A stretch of 64,000 bases of DNA, from positions 20,315 to 84,314 of the forward strand of contig JAUHWL010000012.1 of assembly GCA_030424545.1 (NCBI GenBank), given 5' to 3'. The DNA comes from Bacteroidia bacterium (lineage in GTDB: Bacteria; Bacteroidota; Bacteroidia; Flavobacteriales; Schleiferiaceae). Positions 7,477 to 17,630 of this stretch are shown here, one piece after another (the first letter of the stretch is position 1; each line of letters begins with the position of its first letter). The notes beneath the pieces were generated by a model, which saw only the letters and a program-made list of their open reading frames with translations, was not told the origin of the DNA and searched no databases. The translations under genes and the position numbers were made by a program.

Positions 7477-9927
7477 ATGAAAAATTATCACTCTTTTGTG
7501 CAGTCTGTTTATCAGATTGCTCAGGATGCTTCTCGCAACGGCATTGCCCATTTATCTACACAAGACAACCGATTTAACGGTAATACAATAACACTAAATA
7601 ATACAAAAAGCACCAATTTTGGTTCATGTAGCTATTTAGGGTTAGAGTTTGATGAACGCATTAAAAATGCGGCCATTGACGCTATTCAAAAATATGGCAC
7701 TCAATTTTCATCATCTAGAGCCTATGTTTCGCTTGGTCTTTATGAAGAGCTGGAAGATTTGTTTAGAAAAATTTTTAGGGGAAACCATGTTTTGGTAACC
7801 CCCACAACCACGCTTGGCCACATAGCTGCAATTCCAGTATTGGTTAAAGATGATGATGCCGTTATTTTAGACCATCAAGTGCATAGTAGTGTGCAAGGTG
7901 CCGCAAATATGTTAAAGGCCAGAGGCATTCATGTGGATATGATCCGCCACAATAACATGGAAATGTTGGAGAAAAAAATTGTAGAGCTAAAATCAAAGTA
8001 TAAAAATATTTGGTATATGGCAGATGGCATATACTCTATGTACGGAGATGGGGCCCCAATAAAAGAAATACACGCACTTTTAGATAAATATGAACAGTTT
8101 AATTTTTATGTAGACGATGCACACGGTATGAGCTGTTTTGGCGAAAACGGTGCTGGTTTTGTTATGCAGCAGGCGCCTATGCACCCAAAACAAGTTATCG
8201 CCATTTCCTTGGCAAAAGCTTTTGCTACAGGAGGTGCTGTTTTGGTGTTTCCAACATGGGAGCAATACCAATTGGTACGTTCTTGCGGAGGGCCAATGAT
8301 AACGTCAGGGCCAATGCAACCAGGAAATCTGGGTGCAGCAGTAGCTTCGGCAAAAATACATTTGAGCCCAGAAATTTATAATCTTCAAGAGGATTTAAAT
8401 GAAAATATAAAATTTACAAGCCTAATGCTTCACAAATATGGCTTGCCTGTAATTCATGAAACAGATTCGCCAGTATTTTTTGTTGGCGTTAGCCTTCCTA
8501 AAATTGGAAATCAAATCATACAAAAATTGGTTAAGCAAGGGTTTTATGTAAACCTTGGTGTTTATCCCGCGGTACCATTAAAAAATACAGGTATCAGATT
8601 CACAATTACAAGACTTCATTCATTTCAACAAATTGAAGAAATGGTGAAGCAGCTTGCATTTAATTTTAATGAAACATTGGTGCAAGAAGATTTTCACATC
8701 AACAAAATATACAACGCCTTTAGAATGCCGCTTCCAGAGGAAGTCATGGCAGACCAGAAGGTGAAAAGCTTGATGGCAAAATCGAACTTAAAAGTTGAGA
8801 GTTATGCCAGTATCAACCAAATTGATAAAGACGAGTGGGATTCATTCTTTAAAGAACGCGGATCTTTTGATTGGGATGGCCTTCAATTATTAGAGCAAAC
8901 ATTTACTAAAAATGAAAACCCGATTCAAAACTGGGAGTTTGATTATTTAATTGTACGAGATGAGTATCACAAGCCTGTTTTGGCAACATTTTTTACAACA
9001 GCTTTAAGCAAAGATGATATGATGTCTCCTTCTGCAATTTCTGAAGCAGTTGAAGAAATGCGCAAAAAAGAAGGAGAAACATATTTGACTTCTAAATCGG
9101 TATTAATGGGTTCAATGCTTACCGAAGGCGAACACCTTTACATAGATAAAAGCCATTACCATTGGCAAGCTGCCATGGAATGTATGTTCGATTTTTCTTC
9201 ACAGTTGCTTGATTTATACGATGCAAACTCCATTATGTATCGTGATTTTAAAAATTCCGATGAGAAACTAGACAAATTTTTTATGGAAAACGGTTTTATT
9301 AAAACAGATTTACCTGATTGCCATAGCATTGAAGGCTTTTCTTGGGGTACTACAGAAGAATGGCTCAAACTACTTTCGCCAAAATCAAGAAGACATGTAA
9401 GGGGGAATATTCTAAAAAAAGAATCATTTTATGAAACCAATGTGGTAAAAAATGCAACGCAAAGTAAAATAGAACATTGGTACGAACTATACCTTCAAGT
9501 CAAGAAAAATAGCCTCGCATTGAACACATTTACCATGCCTTTTAAATTATTTAAGAATTTAGCAAACGCCCGTAACTGGGAGGTTTTAGAGCTAAGTTTA
9601 AAGAATGATGAGCGCTTAAATAAAAAACCAGTGGCCGTGATTTTCAATTACAAATCTGGTAATTCTTACTCTGCTATGTTTATTGGGGTAGATTATTCAA
9701 TGCAAGCCGATTTTATGCCTTATAGACAAGCGTTATATCAATCAATTTTAAGAGCAAAAGAATTAGGCATGGACAAACTTAACCTAGGTTTTACGGCAGA
9801 TTTAGAAAAGAAAAGACTCGGCTCTATTAGCAATGCTACCCATGGTTATGTACAGATAAAAGATCATTATAATCTTTCTGTAATTGGTAACATAGCTAAA
9901 ACGAAACGTATAAAAAAAGCTGTTTAA
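7477..9927 (+). CDS. Fusion protein: PLP-dependent alpha-oxoamine synthase (AOS/BioF/Spt-like) N-terminal domain + FemAB/BioF2-like GNAT-fold acyltransferase C-terminal domain
   Basis: 816 aa. The N-terminal ~400 aa has class-II aminotransferase features including the PLP-lysine motif AISLAKAFATGGAVL (S-x-x-K-x-x-G-x-GG). The C-terminal ~400 aa resembles Acetyltransf_6/FemAB-like domains. Confidence 0.7.
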   Translation: MKNYHSFVQSVYQIAQDASRNGIAHLSTQDNRFNGNTITLNNTKSTNFGSCSYLGLEFDERIKNAAIDAIQKYGTQFSSSRAYVSLGLYEELEDLFRKIFRGNHVLVTPTTTLGHIAAIPVLVKDDDAVILDHQVHSSVQGAANMLKARGIHVDMIRHNNMEMLEKKIVELKSKYKNIWYMADGIYSMYGDGAPIKEIHALLDKYEQFNFYVDDAHGMSCFGENGAGFVMQQAPMHPKQVIAISLAKAFATGGAVLVFPTWEQYQLVRSCGGPMITSGPMQPGNLGAAVASAKIHLSPEIYNLQEDLNENIKFTSLMLHKYGLPVIHETDSPVFFVGVSLPKIGNQIIQKLVKQGFYVNLGVYPAVPLKNTGIRFTITRLHSFQQIEEMVKQLAFNFNETLVQEDFHINKIYNAFRMPLPEEVMADQKVKSLMAKSNLKVESYASINQIDKDEWDSFFKERGSFDWDGLQLLEQTFTKNENPIQNWEFDYLIVRDEYHKPVLATFFTTALSKDDMMSPSAISEAVEEMRKKEGETYLTSKSVLMGSMLTEGEHLYIDKSHYHWQAAMECMFDFSSQLLDLYDANSIMYRDFKNSDEKLDKFFMENGFIKTDLPDCHSIEGFSWGTTEEWLKLLSPKSRRHVRGNILKKESFYETNVVKNATQSKIEHWYELYLQVKKNSLALNTFTMPFKLFKNLANARNWEVLELSLKNDERLNKKPVAVIFNYKSGNSYSAMFIGVDYSMQADFMPYRQALYQSILRAKELGMDKLNLGFTADLEKKRLGSISNATHGYVQIKDHYNLSVIGNIAKTKRIKKAV

Positions 9928-10055
9928 ATAGATAAAAAAGACCCTATATATTTTGAAGTATAAACTTTTAATACAATTAAATTAAGGAAGCATAGAAAAA
10001 CACAACATACAATTCGTAAATAAACTTAGTAACAACAAATTCAAAATTTACTTGG

Positions 10056-10313
10056 ATGGAATTGACATTAGCTGAATTTGCTTGTTTCAATCTAAAATCG
10101 AAACAACAAATTCTAAATTATAAAGGCAATTACGTTTGTAGTATGGTTTTGAGTGATGGTAATTCGCTTATGCTATATACTATGAATGGTAATTTTATAA
10201 CCGCCCTAAAGTCTACAAAGACAGGGGAAGTAGTTCAAATAGATTCTGTGGTTAATAAAGATATATTGTACCTATTTGCAGAAAAATTAGATTTAGCTGG
10301 TTTTGTAAATTGA
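10056..10313 (+). CDS. hypothetical small protein
   Basis: 85-aa ORF in otherwise non-coding 540-nt spacer; no recognisable motif. Confidence 0.3.
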   Translation: MELTLAEFACFNLKSKQQILNYKGNYVCSMVLSDGNSLMLYTMNGNFITALKSTKTGEVVQIDSVVNKDILYLFAEKLDLAGFVN

Positions 10314-10443
10314 AAATGGTCATTATTCTTTAAATCCATTTTTTTAATTGAAATTGGTAATGATTATCCATTGATCATATCCGCGATTATCAACGTCCGA
10401 AAATCACTAAATCATATTTAGTTTTTCATTTACCTATAATTAC

Positions 10444-10451
10444 TATATTTG
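10444..10451 (+). promoter_or_regulatory. Bacteroidota sigma-A -7 element TAnnTTTG (TATATTTG) upstream of rimP
   Basis: Exact match to the Bacteroidetes -7 consensus, 55 nt upstream of the likely rimP start. Confidence 0.4.
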
Positions 10452-10472
10452 CAGCCGAATTTAGATGATATG

Positions 10473-10500
10473 GAGGGGACCGAAAGTCCCCTCTTTTATT
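10473..10500 (+). terminator. Leader hairpin + U-tract (GAGGGGAC-CGAAA-GTCCCCTC-TTTTATT) in the rimP-nusA-infB 5' leader
   Basis: Perfect 8-bp GC-rich stem and 5-nt loop followed by a T-tract, placed between the -7 box and the rimP ATG. Confidence 0.5.
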
Positions 10501-10506
10501 AGCCAT

Positions 10507-10953
10507 ATGGATCATAAATTATTGCATGCCGCTATTGACGAGGCTCTTGAGAACAACGAGGCCTTTTTAGTTGACCTTGAGATAAAAGAGGGTAATAAGA
10601 TTTTATTGTTTGTAGATGCAGACAATGGCATTACGGTACAACAATTAAAAATGATTAATAGGCAAGTAGAGGCCGCGTTTGATAGAGATATTGAGGATTT
10701 TGATCTGACTGTTTCATCACCAGGATTAGATAGGCCTTTTAAGGTAAAAAGACAATATACCAACAATGTTGGTAGATGGGTAAAAGTAAAGTTGAACGAT
10801 GGAGAAATCGTAATCGGACAACTTATAGATGTTAATGAAAACGAAATGACGTTGAGCGTACCTCCAGTAAAGAAAAAAGAGGAAAGCACAGAACGTCTTA
10901 TTGCATTTGCAAATGTTGAAGAAACTAAAATTGAGATTCGCTTTACGCGTTAA
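10507..10953 (+). CDS. rimP: Ribosome maturation factor RimP
   Basis: Conserved position before nusA and typical RimP length. Start moved to ATG 10507 (MDHKLL...) because the longer ORF-track start would run through the leader hairpin. Confidence 0.85.
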   Translation: MDHKLLHAAIDEALENNEAFLVDLEIKEGNKILLFVDADNGITVQQLKMINRQVEAAFDRDIEDFDLTVSSPGLDRPFKVKRQYTNNVGRWVKVKLNDGEIVIGQLIDVNENEMTLSVPPVKKKEESTERLIAFANVEETKIEIRFTR

Positions 10954-10966
10954 CTGATTTAGAAAA

Positions 10967-12208
10967 ATGGAAAATCAAGCAATTATAGAATCATTCTCAG
11001 AATTTAGAGAAGAGAAAAACATAGATAGAGTAACGCTAATGGCATTTATAGAAGATGCTTTTAGAAACCAACTACGTAAAAAGTTTGGTAGTGATGATAA
11101 CTTTGATGTTATTGTTAACCCAGACAAAGGCGATTTAGAAATCTGGCAAAACAGAGTAATTGTAGAAGACGGTGCGGTGGAAGAACCTCATTTAGAAATT
11201 GCACTTTCTGAAGCATTAAAAATAGAGCCCGATTTTGAAGTAGGAGAAGAAGTGTCTGAAGAAATAAAAATTATTTCTTTAGGTCGTAGATTTATTTTGG
11301 CCTTCCGCCAAAACTTGGTTGCGCGTATTCAAGAGCACGATAGCTCTGAGTTATTTAAGCGCTACAAAGAGATGGAAGGCGAAATGATTGCTGGAGAAGT
11401 TCACCACGTAAGACACAGAGAACTTATTATATATGATGATGAGGGTAACGAACTTATTCTTCCTCGTGATCAGATGATTCCTGAAAAGGATTTTTACCGT
11501 AAAGGAGATACCGTCAAAGCTGTTGTTAGAACGGTTACGTTTAAAGGCAACAAGCCAACTGTGATTCTTTCTAGAACAGATGAGCGTTTCTTAGAAAAAC
11601 TTTTTGAACAAGAAATTCCTGAAGTTTATGACGGTTTGATAATTGTGAGAAAAGTTGTGCGTGCACCTGGAGAGAAAGCCAAAGTAGCCGTAGAAAGTTA
11701 TGATGATAGAATAGACCCTGTTGGAGCATGTGTTGGAATGAAAGGTTCTAGAATTCACGGAATTGTACGTGAATTAAGAAATGAGAATATTGATGTAATT
11801 AACTTTACAGCCAATAACCAGCTCTTTATACAGCGTGCACTTAGCCCAGCTAAGATAAGCAGTATAGAAATAAACGAAGAAGAAAAAAGTGTTGATGTTT
11901 ACTTACAACCAGACCAAGTGTCAATGGCAATAGGTAAGGGTGGAAACAACATTAAACTAGCTAGTCGTTTAACCGGATATGAAATTGATGTTTACAGAGA
12001 TGACGTGGTAGAAGAAGAAGATGTTAAACTATCTGAATTCTCTGACGAAATTGATGCATGGATCATTGCCGAATTACACAACATAGGTTGCGATACAGCC
12101 ATGAGTGTTCTTGACATGAGTGTTGAGGATTTGGCAAATCGTACAGACCTTGAAGTTGAAACAATAGAAGAAGTTAGAAATATCTTAAAGTCTGAGTTTG
12201 AAGACTAA
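10967..12208 (+). CDS. nusA: Transcription termination/antitermination factor NusA
   Basis: 413 aa with S1 and KH domains (GACVGMKGSRIHGIVREL...) and conserved rimP-nusA-infB synteny. Confidence 0.95.
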   Translation: MENQAIIESFSEFREEKNIDRVTLMAFIEDAFRNQLRKKFGSDDNFDVIVNPDKGDLEIWQNRVIVEDGAVEEPHLEIALSEALKIEPDFEVGEEVSEEIKIISLGRRFILAFRQNLVARIQEHDSSELFKRYKEMEGEMIAGEVHHVRHRELIIYDDEGNELILPRDQMIPEKDFYRKGDTVKAVVRTVTFKGNKPTVILSRTDERFLEKLFEQEIPEVYDGLIIVRKVVRAPGEKAKVAVESYDDRIDPVGACVGMKGSRIHGIVRELRNENIDVINFTANNQLFIQRALSPAKISSIEINEEEKSVDVYLQPDQVSMAIGKGGNNIKLASRLTGYEIDVYRDDVVEEEDVKLSEFSDEIDAWIIAELHNIGCDTAMSVLDMSVEDLANRTDLEVETIEEVRNILKSEFED

Positions 12209-12253
12209 TTAAAAAGATATTTTTAACAACAATAAAGAAGAGCAGAATAGTAC

Positions 12254-15208
12254 ATGGGTAGTATAAGGCTGAGTAAAGTATTAAAAGATTTGAACATCTC
12301 TCTTGATAGAGCGGTAGATTTCTTGTCTCAAAAAGGACATGATATTGAAAATAACCGTAATACCAAGATAGACGATGCTCAATATGATGTTCTTGTTAAA
12401 GAATTTGAACAAGACAGAACGCGCAAAGAAAAATCTGAACAAGTTAGTCAGCTTGTACGCGAAGAAAAAGAAGTGCTTCGCGCAGAAAAAGAAGCACGTT
12501 TAAACCCTGAGCCTGCTAAACCAAAAGTGGAACCCGCTGCTCCGAAAAAAGAAGAAGAACCTGCCAAGGAAGCTCCTACTGTTAAAGAAGTTCCTGTAGA
12601 GAAACCTGTTGTAAAAGCTCCGGAAGTTAAGGCGCCACTTGAAGAAAAAGTAAAAGATGAGCCTGTTCTCAAAGAAGTAAAAGAAGAACCTGTTGTAGAG
12701 TCAAAACCTAAAGAAAAAGAGGTTGTTGAAAAAACAGAAGCTAAAGCACCAGAATCTAAACCCACTGAGGAAAAACCTGAAGTTGTAGAAACAACTCCAG
12801 AAGCAGAGGAAACAGAAGAAAGCGTTGTTAAAGGTAAAGCAACAAAGTTATCTGGACCTAAAGTTTTAAAAACAATTGACTTAACCCCCAAGAAAAAGGC
12901 GGCTAAAAAGGTTGAAGAAAAAGCTGAAGAAAAGAAAGAAGAAAAGGTTATTGAAGAAAAAGTAACCAAAGATGAAAAGCCCGCAGCAGTAGACAAAAAA
13001 GAGCCCGTAGCAGCAGAAGATGCTAAAAGTGAAACCTCAAAAGATGACGAGGTTCACACAACAAAATATATAAAGCTAGATGGGCCTAAGTTTACAGGAC
13101 AAAAAATAGATTTACCATCTCCAAAACCAAAAAAGAAACCTGCCGATAAAAAAGCAGAAGAAGCAAGCAAACGCAGCAAGCGCAAGCGCATTAAAAAAGT
13201 GCCAGATGCCCGTCCAGGAACTGGTACACCAAGACCAGCTGGCGCAAGACCGGCAGGTGGCGGTAGAGGTAGAGGTCCGGCTAAAAAAGTTGAAAAAGTA
13301 GAGCTAACAGATGAGCAAATTCAAAAGCAAATCAAGGAAACGCTTGAAAAACTTACATCACGCAAAAAATCTAAAGGCTCTAAATTTAGAAGAGACAAAC
13401 GTTTAGAAAGACGCGAAAAAGAAGAATTACAAGACATACAGCGCGAAGAAGAAAGCAAAGTGCTTAAAGTTACAGAGTTTGTAACAGCTACAGAACTTTC
13501 TAATATGATGAGCGTATCTGTTAACGAAGTTATTTCTACGTTAATGGGGCTTGGCGTTATGGTAACCATGAATCAGCGATTGGATGCCGAAGTATTATCT
13601 ATTGTAGCGGAAGAATTTGGGTTTACTGCAGAGTTTGTAGATACCGAAGTTACAGACACCTATATTTTAGAAGAAGATAAAGAAGAAGATTTACAACCTC
13701 GTGCACCAATTGTTACCGTAATGGGTCATGTAGATCACGGTAAAACTTCATTGCTAGATTACGTACGTAGTGCTAATGTAATTGCGGGCGAAGCCGGTGG
13801 TATTACACAGCACATTGGTGCATATTCAGTACAAATAGAAAGTGGTCAACACATTACCTTCTTAGACACACCTGGTCACGAAGCGTTTACCGCCATGCGT
13901 GCGCGTGGAGCTCAAGTTACCGATATCGCAATTATTGTAATTGCCGCAGATGATGCCGTAATGCCTCAAACAAAAGAGGCCATTGCACACGCGCAAGCTG
14001 CAAACGTGCCATTTATTATTGCCATTAATAAGGTAGACCGCGAAGTTTCTAACCCAGATAAAATTAAAGAACAACTTTCTGCCATGAATGTCTTGGTAGA
14101 AGAGTGGGGTGGAAAAGTTCAATGTCAGCACGTTTCTGCAAAAACAGGCGAAGGTGTTTCTGATTTACTAGAAAAAGTTATGCTTGAAGCAGAGATGCTT
14201 GATTTAAAAGCAAATCCAAATAGAAATGCTGTTGGTACTGTAATAGAAGCTAGTTTAGATAAAGGACGTGGATATCTAACCACAATCTTAGTAGAGAGCG
14301 GTACCCTAAAAATGGGCGATTATGTACTTGCCGGTAAATACAGCGGTAAAGTAAAAGCAATGCTTGATGAGCGTAGTCATAGAATTAAAAAAGCAGGACC
14401 ATCAACACCAGTTATATTACTAGGATTAGATGGTGCACCTCAAGCAGGAGACCGTTTTGTTATTATGGATGACGAGCGCGAAGCAAAACAAATTGCTACT
14501 AAACGTTTACAATTGCAAAGAGAGCAAAGTGTACGTAGTCAGAAAAAAATGACTTTAGAAGAAATAGGAAGACGTTTGGCAATTGGAGATTTCCAAGAGT
14601 TAAACATTGTTCTTAAAGGTGATGTGGATGGATCTATAGAAGCACTTGCAGATTCATTGCAAAAACTTTCTACACCAGAGATTGCCGTAAACATCATACA
14701 CAAAGGTGTTGGTCAGATTACTGAAACAGATGTATTATTAGCATCTGCATCAAATGCAATTCTTATTGGTTTCCAAGTAAGACCATCAGCACCAGCTAGA
14801 AAATTAGCCGAAAAAGAAGATATAGATGTACGCTTGTATAGCATTATTTACGATGCCATAAATCAGGTTAAAGATGCCATGGAAGGCATGCTTTCGCCAG
14901 AAATACAAGAAGAAATTACAGGTACTGCAGAAATTAGAGAAACATTTAAAATTTCTAAAGTTGGTACAATTGCGGGTTGTATGGTTACAGATGGCGTTAT
15001 TAGCCGCAACAGCCAAATACGCTTAATACGCGATGGTGTTGTTATCTATACCGGAGAACTTGGTTCGCTTAAACGATTTAAAGATGATGTGAAAGAAGTG
15101 AAGAAAGGCTACGATTGTGGTCTTAACATCAAAAACTACAACGATATTAAAGTAGATGATATAGTTGAATCATTTAAGCATATTGAAGTTAGAAAGACAC
15201 TAGATTAA
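12254..15208 (+). CDS. infB: Translation initiation factor IF-2
   Basis: GTP-binding motifs [12 protein letters not shown] / DTPGHEAF / NKVD. Long K/E/P-rich N-terminal extension. Confidence 0.95.
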   Translation: MGSIRLSKVLKDLNISLDRAVDFLSQKGHDIENNRNTKIDDAQYDVLVKEFEQDRTRKEKSEQVSQLVREEKEVLRAEKEARLNPEPAKPKVEPAAPKKEEEPAKEAPTVKEVPVEKPVVKAPEVKAPLEEKVKDEPVLKEVKEEPVVESKPKEKEVVEKTEAKAPESKPTEEKPEVVETTPEAEETEESVVKGKATKLSGPKVLKTIDLTPKKKAAKKVEEKAEEKKEEKVIEEKVTKDEKPAAVDKKEPVAAEDAKSETSKDDEVHTTKYIKLDGPKFTGQKIDLPSPKPKKKPADKKAEEASKRSKRKRIKKVPDARPGTGTPRPAGARPAGGGRGRGPAKKVEKVELTDEQIQKQIKETLEKLTSRKKSKGSKFRRDKRLERREKEELQDIQREEESKVLKVTEFVTATELSNMMSVSVNEVISTLMGLGVMVTMNQRLDAEVLSIVAEEFGFTAEFVDTEVTDTYILEEDKEEDLQPRAPIVTVMGHVDHGKTSLLDYVRSANVIAGEAGGITQHIGAYSVQIESGQHITFLDTPGHEAFTAMRARGAQVTDIAIIVIAADDAVMPQTKEAIAHAQAANVPFIIAINKVDREVSNPDKIKEQLSAMNVLVEEWGGKVQCQHVSAKTGEGVSDLLEKVMLEAEMLDLKANPNRNAVGTVIEASLDKGRGYLTTILVESGTLKMGDYVLAGKYSGKVKAMLDERSHRIKKAGPSTPVILLGLDGAPQAGDRFVIMDDEREAKQIATKRLQLQREQSVRSQKKMTLEEIGRRLAIGDFQELNIVLKGDVDGSIEALADSLQKLSTPEIAVNIIHKGVGQITETDVLLASASNAILIGFQVRPSAPARKLAEKEDIDVRLYSIIYDAINQVKDAMEGMLSPEIQEEITGTAEIRETFKISKVGTIAGCMVTDGVISRNSQIRLIRDGVVIYTGELGSLKRFKDDVKEVKKGYDCGLNIKNYNDIKVDDIVESFKHIEVRKTLD

Positions 15209-15228
15209 TTTTATAGAAATTGCAAATA

Positions 15229-15258
15229 AAGCCTCGGAAATAACCGAGGCTTTTTTGT
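15229..15258 (+). terminator. Rho-independent terminator after infB
   Basis: GCCTCGG-aaataa-CCGAGGC stem-loop followed by TTTTTTG. Confidence 0.7.
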
Positions 15259-15338
15259 TTCTGTTAATTTTAACACATCGTTTTGGGCGAAAGCATACCA
15301 AGCAATTGTTCATTTCGTTCTAGATAAAACCTTTTCTC

Positions 15339-16832
15339 ATGAAATATTCTCGACACGCCATTGCTTTTTTTATTGCACTTGCATTTTCTTGGTTATTCTT
15401 CGAAAGATCCGCAGGTATCAATCTGATTATTTTTGACATTCTATTGTTATCGGCCGTTTACTTTTTGCAAAGAGAAAAGCTTAAAAGCAAGTTGGTACAA
15501 TTGTTTTTATTTGGCGTTTTTTCTAGCTCAGTTTTCGTAGTTGTTCACAACAGTAATTGGAGTATTTTTATACACCACTTTAGCGTGTTTTTGCTTGGTG
15601 GTGCCTTAGCTTCACCGCAATTAAAGTCTGTGGTTAGCGTGATGACGGCTGGCGTTACAAATAGCGTTCTTAGCGTTAAAGAATTTATTGTTTCGCGTAC
15701 CCCTTCTGTAGAGCCCAAAAGGCCAGCATTTAGAGTTTTGCACGCGCTCAGGTTATCTATAATTCCTTTAATAGTTCTCGTGGTATTTGGCACTCTCTAC
15801 GCAAATGCTTCACCTTGGTTTAATACGTTTTGGGATAAATTGGGCACTTTTTTCACATCCATATTTGGCGATTTGTTTAATATGATAAGTTTTACCTGGT
15901 TTTTCACTTTAGTGCTAGGCTTGTTAATTACTGTCTATTTATTGTTTGCCAAAAGCATGCAAAGTGTAGATGAGATGGAAAAAGATCAGCCAGACGATTT
16001 AGAGAAAATAACACCAGATGCCTCTATAGCGAAAGAAATAAAGAGAGAATACCAAGTTGCTTTGTTGCTTTTTGGTAGTTTAAACGTCATGCTTTTTGGC
16101 CAAAACATTTTAGATTTAGTACATGTATGGGTTGGTTTTGAATGGCAAGGTGCTTACTTAAAACAATTTGTTCATGAGGGCACTTGGCTCTTAATTGTGT
16201 CTATTTTTTTAAGTGCCATTTTGGTACTCTATTACTTTAGAAACCAGCTTAACTTTATACAGAACAATAAAACGCTTAAAGTTTTAACGTACATTTTTAT
16301 TGCACAAAATGCTTTTTTAGTAGCAAGTGTTGCGGTAAGAAACATATGGTACATAAGCTATTTTAATTTGGCATTTAAGCGCATAGGTGTTTTCTTCTTT
16401 TTAATTGCCGTATTGTATGGTTTGTACAGTGTTTATATTAAAATTAACAAGCAAAAAACAATTACTTATTTGGTGAGGAAAAACAGTGTGGTTATGTATG
16501 TGCTTTTATTGGCTATTGGTTTTGCCAATTGGGATACCATCATTGCCAAATACAATTTTTCTCATGCAGATAGCGCTTATGTGCACCTAAGTTTTTTAAG
16601 CAAATTATCTAACAATGCATTGCCATATTTACAACAGCCTATAGAAAAATTAGAAGCTGTAAAGCAAGACCAAGATTTAAATTATGGGCGAGATAAATAT
16701 GCACTCAGTCCTGTAGATTACGCGCAAAGAATTGACGAACGCATTTTGGAATTTAAACAAGAATATGAGCGTAAAGATTGGCTAGAATGGAATTATGCCA
16801 GTTGGCATGCTTATTCGTTGCTCACAAAATAA
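15339..16832 (+). CDS. Polytopic inner-membrane protein (DUF4173-like)
   Basis: 497 aa with roughly 10 hydrophobic helices; no catalytic motif seen. Confidence 0.55.
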   Translation: MKYSRHAIAFFIALAFSWLFFERSAGINLIIFDILLLSAVYFLQREKLKSKLVQLFLFGVFSSSVFVVVHNSNWSIFIHHFSVFLLGGALASPQLKSVVSVMTAGVTNSVLSVKEFIVSRTPSVEPKRPAFRVLHALRLSIIPLIVLVVFGTLYANASPWFNTFWDKLGTFFTSIFGDLFNMISFTWFFTLVLGLLITVYLLFAKSMQSVDEMEKDQPDDLEKITPDASIAKEIKREYQVALLLFGSLNVMLFGQNILDLVHVWVGFEWQGAYLKQFVHEGTWLLIVSIFLSAILVLYYFRNQLNFIQNNKTLKVLTYIFIAQNAFLVASVAVRNIWYISYFNLAFKRIGVFFFLIAVLYGLYSVYIKINKQKTITYLVRKNSVVMYVLLLAIGFANWDTIIAKYNFSHADSAYVHLSFLSKLSNNALPYLQQPIEKLEAVKQDQDLNYGRDKYALSPVDYAQRIDERILEFKQEYERKDWLEWNYASWHAYSLLTK

Positions 16833-16856
16833 TATCAGTATTCAATTTTAAGTTAG

Positions 16857-17501
16857 GTGTATAAATCAACAACTATTCAGCATCAAGAGTTTTGGCTTTT
16901 ACACCAACGTGCCTTGTTTTGGCCGGCAAAACAAACATTAATAATTGCTGATGTTCACCTTGGCAAAACCAGCCATTTTAGAAAAAATGGGTTGGCGTTA
17001 CCCGTTAACATCCCCTTTGCAGAGATAGAAAACCTGAACAAGTTGGTTGAAGAATATAAGCCAGAAACTATCATTTTTTTAGGCGATTTATTTCACTCTG
17101 ACGTAAACCAAGAATGGAATCTTTTTATACAATGGTTATCACAATATGCTTTTAAAGCCATTTTGGTTAATGGCAATCATGATACTGCGCTTTTGCAAGA
17201 GACCAACCTTGGCAAGTTAATTTCAGTAAATCAGCAAAAAATTGAAAACTTTTTATTTACTCACGAGCCAACCGAATTACATGAAAATCTTTACAATTTT
17301 TGTGGCCACATTCACCCAGGATTTACTCTAAAAGGCAAGGGACATCAAAAACTGAGGTTACCTTGCTTTTCGGTAGGAAAAATGCAAACCATCTTACCAG
17401 CTTTTGGTTTAACTACTGGTGCCGTTGCTCAGAAGCAAAAAGCACAAAACCGGTTTTTTGTAATTGCCGAAAATGAGGTGTTTGAAGTAAATAAAAAGTA
17501 G
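16857..17501 (+). CDS. Calcineurin-like metallophosphoesterase (PdeM-like)
   Basis: Metallophosphatase motifs ADVHLG, GDLFH and GNHD. Confidence 0.7.
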   Translation: MYKSTTIQHQEFWLLHQRALFWPAKQTLIIADVHLGKTSHFRKNGLALPVNIPFAEIENLNKLVEEYKPETIIFLGDLFHSDVNQEWNLFIQWLSQYAFKAILVNGNHDTALLQETNLGKLISVNQQKIENFLFTHEPTELHENLYNFCGHIHPGFTLKGKGHQKLRLPCFSVGKMQTILPAFGLTTGAVAQKQKAQNRFFVIAENEVFEVNKK

Positions 17502-17602
17502 CTTTTCAATGAAAATAATTTGGTTTACAAACGGCTATTTTTTTCATCAGAATATTCTTTGTTTTAACGGGTTTTTAACAATCAATTTCGCATACAGTCT
17601 GT

Positions 17603-17610
17603 TAAATTTG
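17603..17610 (+). promoter_or_regulatory. -7 promoter element TAAATTTG upstream of the moxR/bat operon
   Basis: Exact TAnnTTTG match 21 nt upstream of the moxR ATG. Confidence 0.4.
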
Positions 17611-17630
17611 CGGGACTAACATTTTTTTTA

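Noticed and set aside
10465-10506. Upstream ATG start for rimP given in the ORF track
   Set aside because: It would translate through a strong GC hairpin plus U-tract in the leader. The downstream ATG at 10507 gives a normal RimP N-terminus.
12448-12996. 182-aa S/T/G-rich antisense ORF inside infB
   Set aside because: It is the reverse-complement frame of the K/E/P-rich IF-2 N-terminal repeat region, an artefact of biased composition.
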